64,000 bases of DNA from an archaeon (GTDB lineage: Archaea > Nanobdellota > Nanobdellia > Pacearchaeales > GW2011-AR1), in contig JABHLR010000005.1 in NCBI GenBank assembly GCA_018693315.1, positions 11,975 through 75,974 on the forward strand. The letters run 5' to 3'. Made by a program: the position numbers and the translations under genes. This document shows, one piece after another, positions 9,003 to 18,619 of this stretch. Position 1 is the first letter of the stretch. The number at the start of each line of letters is the position of its first letter. The notes beneath the pieces are model-generated. The model searched no databases, was not told the origin of the DNA, and saw nothing but the letters and a program-made list of their open reading frames with translations.

Positions 9003-12000
9003 ATGAGAAAATTTGGTGTGTTAGCTTTGGTTTTGGTTTTTTTATTTGCGTTTAGTTTTGTTGCGGCGGGGGGTGGATCGCGTGATATAATTAGAAATGT
9101 TGGTTATGAGAATGTGCGTTCTGTAGATGGGGATGTTTGTACGGTAGATCTTTATTTTGATTCTTGTGTTTGGCCAGATTTGGTCATTACCAATCAATGG
9201 TCTAGTAAAACAATTGACGATATTCAAACGGACCCCGAGGGTGATGATCTTGGGTCATGTTGGGGTGGCCAGTTGGTGCACCAGGAAGGTCAGTATTATC
9301 CTGGGACTGCTGCAAGGTATTATGTTAGGGATTTAGATGTTTCTTGTGAGACTGCTGAGGATCATGTTTTTTATGTTAAGGGTACTTGTAGCGGCGGCGA
9401 GTATTGTTGGGAGAATGAAACACATTCAATAGATGTTAATTATGAGGTGCCCTTTATTCCGAGAGATGTTTGTGGTTTATCTGGGATGGTTGGTTTTTGG
9501 GATTTTAGTGGTACGTCTGATACGGTTGTAACTGACTTTAGCGGTAACGGGTTTAATGGAGTAATGGAAGATTCTTCTACTCGTGTTGCTGGAAAAGTTG
9601 GAGAAGCGTTAAGTTTTTCAGGAGCAGGGAGAGTTAATCTTGGTAATTCTGCTTTGTTGAATCCGGTGAGTGAACTGAGTATTGAATTTTTGATGAAAAC
9701 TGCGGATGATGCTGCAGATATTGGAGTTATGTTTTCGAGGCATTGGAGTTTGGATACTGGCCCTAATTGGGCTCAGAGATTGTCTGTCGTCGCTGGAAAG
9801 CTTAATTTTGGGTATGCTGGTGGGGTGAGTTTAACTGGGAATGCGGATGTTGCGAATGGTGTTTGGCACCATGTTGTTTTGACTCATGATGGATCTAGTT
9901 TTAAGCTTTATGTTGATGGGGTTTTGGACAGAAGCGTTCCGGCTCCCGGGAATTTTATTAGTTCTACTTCTAATACATATATAGGGAATTCTAATTATGC
10001 GGGGAATTATGGGATTGGTCATTATAATGGATTGATGGATGAGGTTGCGTTTTATAATCGGGCGTTGACTACTGCGGAAATTTCTGGGCATTATGTGAGT
10101 GTTAGCAATGGTGTTAATTATTGTACGCCTATTGAGGCTGAGAGCACTTGCAATGCTGTTAATTTGGATGTCTATAAAGTTGATCGAGCGACGTATGCGG
10201 TTCCACCTGTTGGTTTGTCTGATGATATTAATTATATGACCCTTGATCGTTCTGCTTCTGATTTGACTGCTTCTGATTTGGCGAATGTTGATGTTTTGAT
10301 TATTGCTGATACTTATTTGACAGGGGATCCAACTCATTCCTGCGATTCTTTGAATGAATGGTCTTGTGCCGCGAATTATGTGAATATTATAGGTAGTTTT
10401 GCGGAGTTAGATGTGATAAAGGATGCTTGGGAAGGTGGGATGGATGTTATTTTGATTGGTGATAATGGCGGTACTCCTGTTGGTAATTCAATAGCAAATT
10501 ATTGGTCAGCGACGGTTACAAACTATTTGACAGACACTATGTATTATACTAATTATGGTATTGCTTATGCTAATGCTCCCCTTGATCCTCCGACTCCAGA
10601 TTTGGCCCAGTTTCCTTTTTTGGAAGGTGTCCAATTCTCTTTGTCATGGGATGGTATCTGGTCTCCTGGGTTGATTTACAATGTGTATTCTCCTGCTAAG
10701 TGTGCTGCTCGTACTGTTATTGATGGATCTTGTATTGCTGCCTATTTACCAAGGGCTGCGGGTCGTGGTTATTTATTTGTTTCTGGTAATGCTAATGTTG
10801 GAAGTGATATTTATACTAAGAATCTGATTGAGAGGAGTTGTCAGGCTGAATGTGCTCTACCTAATTTAGAAGGGTATTGGAGTTTTAACGATGGTTCGAG
10901 TACGAGTGTTTCTGATTTGAGTGGGAATTTTAATAATGGAGTTGTTGTTGGTATGGGTGACGATGATTTGAGCAGTGGGGTATCTGGCTTGGCTTTAGAT
11001 TTTGACGGAGTGGAGGATTATGTTGAGGTGGCAAATAATGATAATTTGAAGTTGGAAAAATTTACGACGGCTGCTTGGTTTAAGGTTAATCGTTTGTTGC
11101 AAGCAGGGGATGAATCTTGGGTGATTTTAATGAGGGGAGAAGAGGTTCAATCTGGGAATTTGAATTATAATACTCAACTTATTAATAGTCCTACTTTGTT
11201 TGGTGAGGATAGTATGAAGCTGGCTTGTGGTTTTGAAAATACTGTTGATACTAACCACTGGATTATTTATGACGTGCATGATGCTTCTTTTGTTGACCGA
11301 TGGATTCATGTTGCTTGTACTTTGGACGGAAACGATTGGAAGATGTATATTGATGGGGAAGAGGTTTCAACTGATTTAAGGAATGGTCGTGAAGCAATAG
11401 CGAGCCTTGGCGGAACTAAACCTTCGCTGATTACTTCTCCTTTTTATGTTGGGGGGGCTTTTTCCAGTGATGGTGATGAAGGAGGAGTAGATGACGTGGT
11501 TAGCTTTTTCGATGGTTCGATAGATGAGGTTTCTGTTTGGAGCAAAGCTTTGACTGCGGTGGAGGTTAAGAATTTGTACGATAAAGGAACGGCTGGACTT
11601 GGGTATTGTGATGTTGCTCCTGTGAGTGAGATTATGTGGGCAGATATGAATGGTGATGAGATTGTTAGTGCTGATCTTGGGGATACTGTTCAGATGATTA
11701 AGACTTATGCTGGTTCTGGAAGTTTTGATATTTTTGAGGAGGATGATACTGTTACAGATCCTTTTGATGATGAGATTAGGAATGATATTGCCGGCGTTGG
11801 TGTTGGTAGTAATTTGATCGGGAAGTGGACCATAACTCAGGACGATTTAAGGAAGACTCTTGGGGATTATGAGGAGTTTAGGTTTATTGTCGACGGTGAG
11901 ACGAGCGAGGCTTTGAGTATTAATCCAAGGAGAGATGATGATAGGATGGTTGTTGGTGTTGAGAATCCGGCTTGTGGTACTCATTTTAACCAAGGAGATG

Positions 12001-12527
12001 GTACAATTATTAGGGTTGTTGTCAGTGATCGTGACGATGAGGTTAGTGGATCTTTAGCTGTTTCTGATGTTGAGGTTGCTACTTTTGGCAATGGTGGAGT
12101 TATTCAGGGCTATACATTTAGTGTTCCTGGTAATGTGCAGATTGTTGCTGATGCGAATAATACTCGAGGGAAGAGATCGCGGTCGGTTTCGAGTGTGATG
12201 GTTTTGGATAGGACTGTTGATGGTAAATATTCTGCGGCTTGTATTGATAGGCCTAGGAATTTTGAGGATTTTGAGGGGAATAGTATTCCGATTGATGCTT
12301 CGACGAGTCGGGCTGTTAGAGTTACTAATGGTGGGACTACAGCGACAGTGATTGTACCTGGAGATCCTGGTTTGAATTGGTATTGGACTTTTTCGAGGAG
12401 AGATGGTAATCATGAAATTAGGAATGTTTTAGGTGTTGCCGGAGAGAGTCTTCTTGCTTATAATTTTACTGCTGAGTTTCCTAGTTCTGGAAATAATTGG
12501 GCTACGTTGGGATTGGATTTGGATTAG
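9003..12527 (+). CDS. Giant secreted surface protein (about 1175 aa) with two LamG-like domains and a shared C-terminal module
   Basis: Signal peptide MRKFGVLALVLVFLFAFSFVAAGGGS. Two concanavalin/LamG-like segments (FSGNGFNG...LYVDGVL...EVAFYNRALT and LSGNFNNG...MYIDGEE...EVSVWSKALT). C-terminal 300 aa near-identical to ORF 4353-5708. Confidence 0.75.
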   Translation: MRKFGVLALVLVFLFAFSFVAAGGGSRDIIRNVGYENVRSVDGDVCTVDLYFDSCVWPDLVITNQWSSKTIDDIQTDPEGDDLGSCWGGQLVHQEGQYYPGTAARYYVRDLDVSCETAEDHVFYVKGTCSGGEYCWENETHSIDVNYEVPFIPRDVCGLSGMVGFWDFSGTSDTVVTDFSGNGFNGVMEDSSTRVAGKVGEALSFSGAGRVNLGNSALLNPVSELSIEFLMKTADDAADIGVMFSRHWSLDTGPNWAQRLSVVAGKLNFGYAGGVSLTGNADVANGVWHHVVLTHDGSSFKLYVDGVLDRSVPAPGNFISSTSNTYIGNSNYAGNYGIGHYNGLMDEVAFYNRALTTAEISGHYVSVSNGVNYCTPIEAESTCNAVNLDVYKVDRATYAVPPVGLSDDINYMTLDRSASDLTASDLANVDVLIIADTYLTGDPTHSCDSLNEWSCAANYVNIIGSFAELDVIKDAWEGGMDVILIGDNGGTPVGNSIANYWSATVTNYLTDTMYYTNYGIAYANAPLDPPTPDLAQFPFLEGVQFSLSWDGIWSPGLIYNVYSPAKCAARTVIDGSCIAAYLPRAAGRGYLFVSGNANVGSDIYTKNLIERSCQAECALPNLEGYWSFNDGSSTSVSDLSGNFNNGVVVGMGDDDLSSGVSGLALDFDGVEDYVEVANNDNLKLEKFTTAAWFKVNRLLQAGDESWVILMRGEEVQSGNLNYNTQLINSPTLFGEDSMKLACGFENTVDTNHWIIYDVHDASFVDRWIHVACTLDGNDWKMYIDGEEVSTDLRNGREAIASLGGTKPSLITSPFYVGGAFSSDGDEGGVDDVVSFFDGSIDEVSVWSKALTAVEVKNLYDKGTAGLGYCDVAPVSEIMWADMNGDEIVSADLGDTVQMIKTYAGSGSFDIFEEDDTVTDPFDDEIRNDIAGVGVGSNLIGKWTITQDDLRKTLGDYEEFRFIVDGETSEALSINPRRDDDRMVVGVENPACGTHFNQGDGTIIRVVVSDRDDEVSGSLAVSDVEVATFGNGGVIQGYTFSVPGNVQIVADANNTRGKRSRSVSSVMVLDRTVDGKYSAACIDRPRNFEDFEGNSIPIDASTSRAVRVTNGGTTATVIVPGDPGLNWYWTFSRRDGNHEIRNVLGVAGESLLAYNFTAEFPSSGNNWATLGLDLD
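11624..12527 (+). repeat. Duplicated 3' gene module, copy 2; partner copy is 4791-5708
   Basis: Near-identical nucleotide sequence, including the last roughly 430 nt at about 97% identity. Confidence 0.8.
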
Positions 12528-12543
12528 TTTCTTGGGGGAATGA

Positions 12544-12552
12544 TTTAAATAG
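12544..12552 (+). promoter_or_regulatory. TTTAAATAG box
   Basis: Conserved 9-mer 21 nt upstream of the ATG at 12573. Confidence 0.4.
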
Positions 12553-12572
12553 TGGTTTGTGTTATATTGTTT

Positions 12573-12845
12573 ATGAAAAAGTTGTTGATGCTTTGTTTTG
12601 CTCTTGTTTTTTTTGCTAGTTTTGTCGTCGCTGCGCCTTCAGAGGTTAGAGCGAATTTTATAATTAATGATGATGAAGTAGTTGCTAACGATGATGACCT
12701 TTCTCTTCTTGAGCCTAGCTTTTGGGATAGTTATGGTAATACGCTGATAGCGATTATAGTTTTGATAATTATTTATGTTTTGTTTAAGAGTTTTAGTAAG
12801 AAGACAAAAAAGAAAACTAAGGGCAAATCTCGTAAAAGAAAGTGA
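12573..12845 (+). CDS. Small type I membrane protein (signal peptide, acidic ectodomain, TM helix, Lys-rich tail)
   Basis: MKKLLMLCFALVFFASFVVAAPSE signal, hydrophobic IAIIVLIIIYVLF segment, C-terminal KKTKKKTKGKSRKRK. Confidence 0.45.
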   Translation: MKKLLMLCFALVFFASFVVAAPSEVRANFIINDDEVVANDDDLSLLEPSFWDSYGNTLIAIIVLIIIYVLFKSFSKKTKKKTKGKSRKRK

Positions 12846-12883
12846 TTTGAAATGTTTATAAAGTATTGTTGCTAGGTTGTTAT

Positions 12884-15565
12884 ATGAAAAGATTGGTGAT
12901 GTTTTTCGTTTTGGCTTTAGCTTTGAGTTTCGTTTCTGCTTCTGTGAGTGTTCATAACATTACTGTCGATATCGCGTATTCTCCGTTTGAAAATTTGAGT
13001 GGTGAAATTAATTTGACTATTGAAGGGGAGGGATATGATGATTTGATAACTTCGAATGATAATGATAGTATTGGGATTGGAGATTTTTTGAATGCAAGCG
13101 GTGTTTTGTTCGGGTGTTCTCCTCCTGATTGTTCTAAGGATTATACTGCTTCTTCGGGTGGTATGGATAATAGTTTTGATATTGGTACTTCTGGTAAGAG
13201 TTATCTTGGTTTTGTTTTGAATGGAGATAATGTTGAGTTGACCAGTATGAATTTTAAGGTTGAGAGTAATTTTGAGGAGAGTTCGAAAGTGCCGCTGACT
13301 ATTGATTTTTTTGAGAGAGAGAATTGGAAGTATGAGGAGTTTTCAAATGATTTTTTGAATGAAAATTGGGGTTGTTATAATCCGGCGATTGAAGAGGTTG
13401 GGCCTGTAATAGGAAGTTTGCTTTATTGTGAGATGGTTTCTGTTCCTGACAGTGGGGTTTTGAAGGTTGGAGCTAAGGTTAGTGGGGTTGATGATAAGAA
13501 ATTGAATATGGAGGTTTGTCCTGAAGGTAGCACAGGTGGTTGTAGGGTATGTGATTATAATACCAGTGTCGATAGTGGATGTACAGTTTTTCCTGATGAG
13601 GGATATATATTTTCTGAGGGTGATTATCGGGTTTGTGTGAGTGCTGATACTACTACTAATTATAGGATATTTAGCGAGGATGGTGGAGAGAATTGCGGTT
13701 TTACGCATGAGTTGATGAACCCAGAGGATAGTGTGAATGATTATGCTATTTTTGCTCAAACTGTTAAGTACGATTCTTCTCTTGCTCTTGGTGCTGTTAG
13801 TTTTGATCAGGAGAGGTTTGTTGAGGCGGCTAACGATCTTCTTGAGAAAAGATATGGTAATGATTGTTCGGATGGTTGTATTTTGCCTATAGCTATTTCG
13901 GGGATTCCCCAAGATGTTAGAGTTTATGATGTTGCGCTGGAATTTGTTAAAGATAATCAGGTTGATTCTACAAATCAGGTTTATGATTTAAGTACAGTTC
14001 CGGTTCTTGTCGATTATAGCGGAGTTGTTGATTTGGGGGCTTTGGGTTTTTCTGTTTCTAAAACCATGGAGTATATTGTTTCTTTGTCTGATGTCCAGCT
14101 GCTTAAGAAAAAAATTAATATTTTACCCGCTCCGATTATTTTGAATGTTTTTCCTTTGGACCCGCCCGCAGGTGTTCCTGTTAATTTTTATGTTAATGTC
14201 GATTTTGATGCGAATAAATCTTTGACTTATGATTGGGATTTTGGTGACGGCACTAAGGACGAAACCGGTGTTCCTTATGCTCTTCATTCTTATGGGAGTT
14301 TGGGAAATTATACAATGACGGTTGAGGTTAGCGCTGGTGGAAATCTGACTTCTGAAAAAAGTTTTAATGTTGTTACGGTTAGTCCGGAGTTTGCTGTTAA
14401 TTCAACTCTTATTTCTAAGAGAAAGGCTTTGAAGGATTTCGTTAAGGATGTTTCTGAATTTCCATCTTGGTATAGTGAGGCTTTGTCTAAGCTTGCTGAT
14501 GTTGATTTTTTTGATGGTGAATTAGATAGGTTAGATAGGGCAAGGAATAATTCTTTTAGCGAGTCTGATTTTATTAAGGTTGCCGAGGAGCTTTATGATT
14601 TGAATGTTCCTAAGGGGATTACCATAAATAGTTTTACTAGTCCTTATTTGATGACAGAACCGACTGATATTAATATTGAGCCAGTTGCTACAATTGGCGG
14701 TGGTTCGACTGGTGCGTCTAATAGCGTTTATCAAAATCCGATTTTGGTGTGGCAAGAACAAAATGTCGTTGCTGATTTTGAAACAAAAGGATTTTCTGTT
14801 GTTTCTTGGAAGGGTGAAATTAATGAGGTTTTTAGAATATATTCTATGAATGTTGAATCTAGTAGTTATGGTGAAAGTTATTTTGTGATTAATAAGCCGT
14901 TTAATGATTTGTATTTTAATGGAGAAGCTAGTGCTAGGAAGGCTGGTAATGCTACTGTGATTATTTTGAATGAAGGAGTGAAGCAATCGTTTGGGTTTTA
15001 TTATAAGACTGGAGAAGAGACCTCGTTTTTTGTTTCTCCAAAATTAAGTTCGGTTATTCTCGAGGGAAATATTGAAGATATTTGTGATTATGATTTTATT
15101 TGTGAGGAAGAGATGGGAGAAAATTCGGATACTTGTCGGAATGATTGTAAGCCTGTTTTTGGTGCGATTCTTTATGTTATTTTGTCCTTGATTTTTTTGT
15201 TGATAATTTATTCTGTTTTGCAGATTTGGTACAAGCATCGTTACGAGGGGCATTTATTTAGGGATAGGAGGCAGCTGTACAATCTTTTGATGTATGTTAC
15301 TAATGCGAGAGCTAGAGGAATGAGTGATGATAGGATTGCTGCTGAGCTTCGAAAGCAGGGTTGGTCAACAGAGAGAGTTAATTATATTATTAAGAAGTCG
15401 AGAGGTCAGAGAACTGGACTTTATGAGATTATTCCGTTTGAGAAAATTTCTGCCTTCTTTAGAAATCGAAAGGCGCAGAAGATTGAGGCGGCGAAGGTTG
15501 CTACTGGGGTTCGACAACAAGACAGGAGAAACATTAATAAATCTGGGTTGCAAAGAAAATTCTAG
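12884..15565 (+). CDS. Large (about 893 aa) membrane-anchored surface protein with a PKD domain
   Basis: Signal peptide MKRLVMFFVLALALSFVSASVSV. PKD signature YDWDFGDGTKDE...YTMTVEV. TM segment near the C-terminus (FGAILYVILSLIFLLIIYSVL) followed by a roughly 110 aa basic cytoplasmic tail. Confidence 0.7.
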   Translation: MKRLVMFFVLALALSFVSASVSVHNITVDIAYSPFENLSGEINLTIEGEGYDDLITSNDNDSIGIGDFLNASGVLFGCSPPDCSKDYTASSGGMDNSFDIGTSGKSYLGFVLNGDNVELTSMNFKVESNFEESSKVPLTIDFFERENWKYEEFSNDFLNENWGCYNPAIEEVGPVIGSLLYCEMVSVPDSGVLKVGAKVSGVDDKKLNMEVCPEGSTGGCRVCDYNTSVDSGCTVFPDEGYIFSEGDYRVCVSADTTTNYRIFSEDGGENCGFTHELMNPEDSVNDYAIFAQTVKYDSSLALGAVSFDQERFVEAANDLLEKRYGNDCSDGCILPIAISGIPQDVRVYDVALEFVKDNQVDSTNQVYDLSTVPVLVDYSGVVDLGALGFSVSKTMEYIVSLSDVQLLKKKINILPAPIILNVFPLDPPAGVPVNFYVNVDFDANKSLTYDWDFGDGTKDETGVPYALHSYGSLGNYTMTVEVSAGGNLTSEKSFNVVTVSPEFAVNSTLISKRKALKDFVKDVSEFPSWYSEALSKLADVDFFDGELDRLDRARNNSFSESDFIKVAEELYDLNVPKGITINSFTSPYLMTEPTDINIEPVATIGGGSTGASNSVYQNPILVWQEQNVVADFETKGFSVVSWKGEINEVFRIYSMNVESSSYGESYFVINKPFNDLYFNGEASARKAGNATVIILNEGVKQSFGFYYKTGEETSFFVSPKLSSVILEGNIEDICDYDFICEEEMGENSDTCRNDCKPVFGAILYVILSLIFLLIIYSVLQIWYKHRYEGHLFRDRRQLYNLLMYVTNARARGMSDDRIAAELRKQGWSTERVNYIIKKSRGQRTGLYEIIPFEKISAFFRNRKAQKIEAAKVATGVRQQDRRNINKSGLQRKF

Positions 15566-15566
15566 G

Positions 15567-16205
15567 ATGATTAAGATAATTAAAAACTTCGCTAGAAGAA
15601 TTTTTTCCAGCGTCTTTAAGAAAAAAGGAGAAATAAAGTTGGGATTCTATGGTTCGCCTAATGCTGGGAAGACTAGTTTGGCTAATCGAATTTGTCAAGA
15701 TTGGTTGGGCGAGGATTTGGGTAGTGTGAGTAAGATGCCGCATGAGACAAGAGAGATTCAGGTTAAGGAAAAAGTTGCGATTGAGAAGGATGGGAAGAAG
15801 CTCGAGTTTAAGTTGATTGATACTCCAGGGATTGCGACTAAGATTGATTTTGAAGATTTTATGAAGTTTGGTTTGAAGAAGAAGGCTGCGCAGGGTCGGG
15901 CTAAGGAAGCGACTCAGGGAATTATTGAATCGATTAAGTGGCTGGATGATATGGACGCTGTTGTTGTTTTGATTGATGCGACTATTAATCCTTATAGTCA
16001 GGTTAATATTACTATTATTGGGAATTTGGTTGCTAGGAAGATTCCGGTTTTGATTGTTGCGAATAAGATTGATTTGAAGAAGGCTGATATTAAGAAAGTG
16101 CAGGGGGCTTTCCCCGAGTATGAGGTTGTTGGGATCTCTGCGAAGAACGGGGATAATATCGAGGAGTTTTATGAAGAGCTATTTAAATTGGTTAAGAAAG
16201 TTTAA
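15567..16205 (+). CDS. Small P-loop GTPase (Era/EngB-like)
   Basis: G1 GSPNAGKTS, G3 DTPG, G4 NKID. The ATG at 15567 follows the upstream TAG stop by one nucleotide. The track's 5' extension overlaps the upstream gene and is rejected. Confidence 0.7.
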   Translation: MIKIIKNFARRIFSSVFKKKGEIKLGFYGSPNAGKTSLANRICQDWLGEDLGSVSKMPHETREIQVKEKVAIEKDGKKLEFKLIDTPGIATKIDFEDFMKFGLKKKAAQGRAKEATQGIIESIKWLDDMDAVVVLIDATINPYSQVNITIIGNLVARKIPVLIVANKIDLKKADIKKVQGAFPEYEVVGISAKNGDNIEEFYEELFKLVKKV

Positions 16206-16232
16206 ATAATACTAAAACAAAGTAATAACAAT

Positions 16233-16676
16233 ATGGTGAAGAAAAAAGTGGTGAAAAAAGTTTCTAAGAAGAAGAAGGTTTCTAGGAAATCTGTGGCGAA
16301 GGATTTGACGATTCATTTTATGCCGTATTCTGAGATTGCGCATGAGGATGCGATTGGTAGGATTAAGAAAATTATGGGGATTGTTTTGAAGGGAAAGATT
16401 ATTATTTTGCAGGGGAAGTTGAGGCCTGATGAAGAGGCGAGGTTGATTGAGAATTCTATGACGCTGATTGGGAATATCGAAGGATTTCAAGGGGTTGAGA
16501 TTGCTGGGCTTTCTGGAGAGAATGAGAACCGTGGTTTGTTTGAGAAAGTGAGGCATAATATTGCGAGAATTTTGGTGGGAGAGCAGGATGCGATCACGAT
16601 TATTGGGCCAGCTTCTGTTGTTAAGGATATTACGAAGGATCCGAAGAAGATTGAGTTGATGCTTCAGCGTAGATAG
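16233..16676 (+). CDS. Conserved archaeal hypothetical protein (DUF2073-like), Lys-rich N-terminus
   Basis: 147 aa. Recalled resemblance to an archaeal family usually found next to a small GTPase and a Zn-ribbon protein; the family assignment is from memory, not a search. Confidence 0.5.
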   Translation: MVKKKVVKKVSKKKKVSRKSVAKDLTIHFMPYSEIAHEDAIGRIKKIMGIVLKGKIIILQGKLRPDEEARLIENSMTLIGNIEGFQGVEIAGLSGENENRGLFEKVRHNIARILVGEQDAITIIGPASVVKDITKDPKKIELMLQRR

Positions 16677-16710
16677 ATAAGTTTATTAATTTCTTAGTTC
16701 TGTTTATTGT

Positions 16711-17079
16711 ATGCCACATCAATGCGTACATTGTAGTAAAATAATTGAAGTTGGGAGTAAGGAAATTCTCGAGGGTTGTAATAGTTGTGGCGGTAAGTTT
16801 TTTTTCTATATTCGTGATGAGCAGGCGGCTAAAATAAAGGAGTCGAAGGAGGAAGTTATTCCGGAGTTTAATACTGTCGATAAGGTGAAAGTTGAGGAGG
16901 ACGTTCGTAGTATTTTGAAGGTTGAGGATGATGAGAAGCCTGTGATTTTGGATTTGGAGAGCGTGAAGGTTTTAGGTCCTGGAAAGTTTGAGTTGGATAT
17001 TGTGAGTTTGATGAACAGGAAGCCGATTGTGTTTAAGGTTAGCGAAGGGAAATATATTATTGATATTGAGGGGATGTGA
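16711..17079 (+). CDS. Zn-ribbon protein (CxxC...CxxC), DUF2072/COG3364-like
   Basis: N-terminal HQCVHCSKII...CNSCGGKFF four-Cys ribbon. 122 aa. Confidence 0.5.
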   Translation: MPHQCVHCSKIIEVGSKEILEGCNSCGGKFFFYIRDEQAAKIKESKEEVIPEFNTVDKVKVEEDVRSILKVEDDEKPVILDLESVKVLGPGKFELDIVSLMNRKPIVFKVSEGKYIIDIEGM

Positions 17080-17084
17080 TTAAT

Positions 17085-17093
17085 TTTAAATAG
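17085..17093 (+). promoter_or_regulatory. TTTAAATAG box
   Basis: tttaaatagtatttttgctagtatttgttATG. A near-identical 35 nt promoter plus start context recurs before the paralog at 18620. Confidence 0.45.
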
Positions 17094-17113
17094 TATTTTT
17101 GCTAGTATTTGTT

Positions 17114-18589
17114 ATGAAAAAGAGAGTATGGAGTTCTTGCGAAAACCATTCACGTATTTTTCGCGGGGCTCAAAAAAGTGGGATGTCTGCGATTGTTGCG
17201 ACGGTGTTGGTTGTCTTGATTGTTGTTGTTACTGTCGGAGTTGTGTGGGGCCTTGTTCTTCCTGTGGTTCAAGATGGGGTGGAAACTGAAATTTCTGATG
17301 TTAGAATTTCTATTGATACTGGTGGAGGTTACACTTTTTTTAATGAAAGTACCGGTGAAGCTTGTGTCCAGGTGAGGAGGTCTAGTGATAACACAAATTT
17401 AGTCAGAATTGATGTTATATTTTCTTTCGGTGGCGATACGTTTGTTGGTAATTTTACTGGTGCTGAGATCCCAGGTGCGAATGAAGCTAATACAGAATGT
17501 TTTGATCTGAGTGATTTTACTAATGAAGACGGGAGCCAAAGATTTCCAGATTCAGTAGAGCTTTCTCCCATTTTTCTTGATGGTGGCAGAGAGGTTGTTG
17601 GAAGCAGAACGCCTAAGGTTGTTAAAATAAAAAATGGAACTAGTGTTGGTGTTGATTCTGATCCACAGAGGATTGATGATGGAGAAGATGACGAGGTTGA
17701 TAACTGTAGGACTTTAGATGTTGCAGGAGGAGAATATAGGTTAGTAAAAGATATTATTAGTGATTCTACTTGTTTTATAATAGTCGCAGAGGGCATTAGC
17801 TTGGATTTAAATGGATTTAATATAACTGGTGAGGGCGATGGGTATGGTGTTTCTGTTGAGGCAGATGGTGCAACTGTTAAGAATGGCGAGATTTATAGTT
17901 TTAATAATGGCATTTATTTGAATGGGGTTAGTGGAAATAATTTGATGAACATTAATGTTGAATCTAGTTATGGAAGTGGTATATACCTTGTCTCAAGTTC
18001 TAATAATAATCTCACAGCTATAGTTTCGAATTCGAATGGGGCGGATGGAATATCTTTTTCTGGAAGTTCCGGGAATATTCTTAGAGATAGTACTACGAAT
18101 TCGAATGGGGCGAGGTTGAGTGGCGGTGGCGGGGTGATGATTTTTGGGGGTTCGAATAATATCTTGATGGATTTAATCTCTGTTTATAATCAGGGTTCAT
18201 CGTCAGATGGAATTTATATAATGAGGAGTCATTCTAATGTGTTGTTGGATATTAACGCAAGTTATAATGGACAGGTGCCAGGGGGTTTCCCTAGAGATAA
18301 TAAAGCAGATGGTGTTCAAATTAAAGAAGGCAATTCTAACAATCTCACTAGGGTTATCGCTATGTTTAATGGCCACCATGGGCTTTATTTTGAAGGTAAG
18401 AACGATGAGTCCCTGATAGTTTCCAGTTTGGTTGCTGATAGCACTTTTTGTGATAATAATGATGATATAGTGGATGTTAAATGTAAGGATTACCATATTT
18501 ATCAAAATCATGGTTTTGGCAATAAGTATGATTCTTTTAGGAGTTCCTGCGGAGAGCTTTTTGGAACTGATGCAGTTCCTTGTGATTAA
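17114..18589 (+). CDS. Pilin-like (class III signal peptide) protein fused to a parallel beta-helix (pectin-lyase-like) domain
   Basis: N-terminus ...QKSGMSAIVATVLVVLIVVVTVGVVWGLVLP. Repetitive NNxxTxIxSNSNGADGISFSG / NSNGARLSGGGG beta-helix-like repeats. Confidence 0.7.
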   Translation: MKKRVWSSCENHSRIFRGAQKSGMSAIVATVLVVLIVVVTVGVVWGLVLPVVQDGVETEISDVRISIDTGGGYTFFNESTGEACVQVRRSSDNTNLVRIDVIFSFGGDTFVGNFTGAEIPGANEANTECFDLSDFTNEDGSQRFPDSVELSPIFLDGGREVVGSRTPKVVKIKNGTSVGVDSDPQRIDDGEDDEVDNCRTLDVAGGEYRLVKDIISDSTCFIIVAEGISLDLNGFNITGEGDGYGVSVEADGATVKNGEIYSFNNGIYLNGVSGNNLMNINVESSYGSGIYLVSSSNNNLTAIVSNSNGADGISFSGSSGNILRDSTTNSNGARLSGGGGVMIFGGSNNILMDLISVYNQGSSSDGIYIMRSHSNVLLDINASYNGQVPGGFPRDNKADGVQIKEGNSNNLTRVIAMFNGHHGLYFEGKNDESLIVSSLVADSTFCDNNDDIVDVKCKDYHIYQNHGFGNKYDSFRSSCGELFGTDAVPCD

Positions 18590-18590
18590 A

Positions 18591-18599
18591 TTTAAATAG
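18591..18599 (+). promoter_or_regulatory. TTTAAATAG box
   Basis: tttaaatagtatttttgttagtatttattATG. Confidence 0.45.
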
Positions 18600-18619
18600 T
18601 ATTTTTGTTAGTATTTATT

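Noticed and set aside
15324-15566. 5' extension of the GTPase ORF (track start 15324)
   Set aside because: It overlaps the 3' end of the upstream 893 aa gene in another frame, and its translation is Arg/Leu-rich junk. The conserved MIKIIKNF...GSPNAGKTS start at 15567 follows the upstream stop directly.
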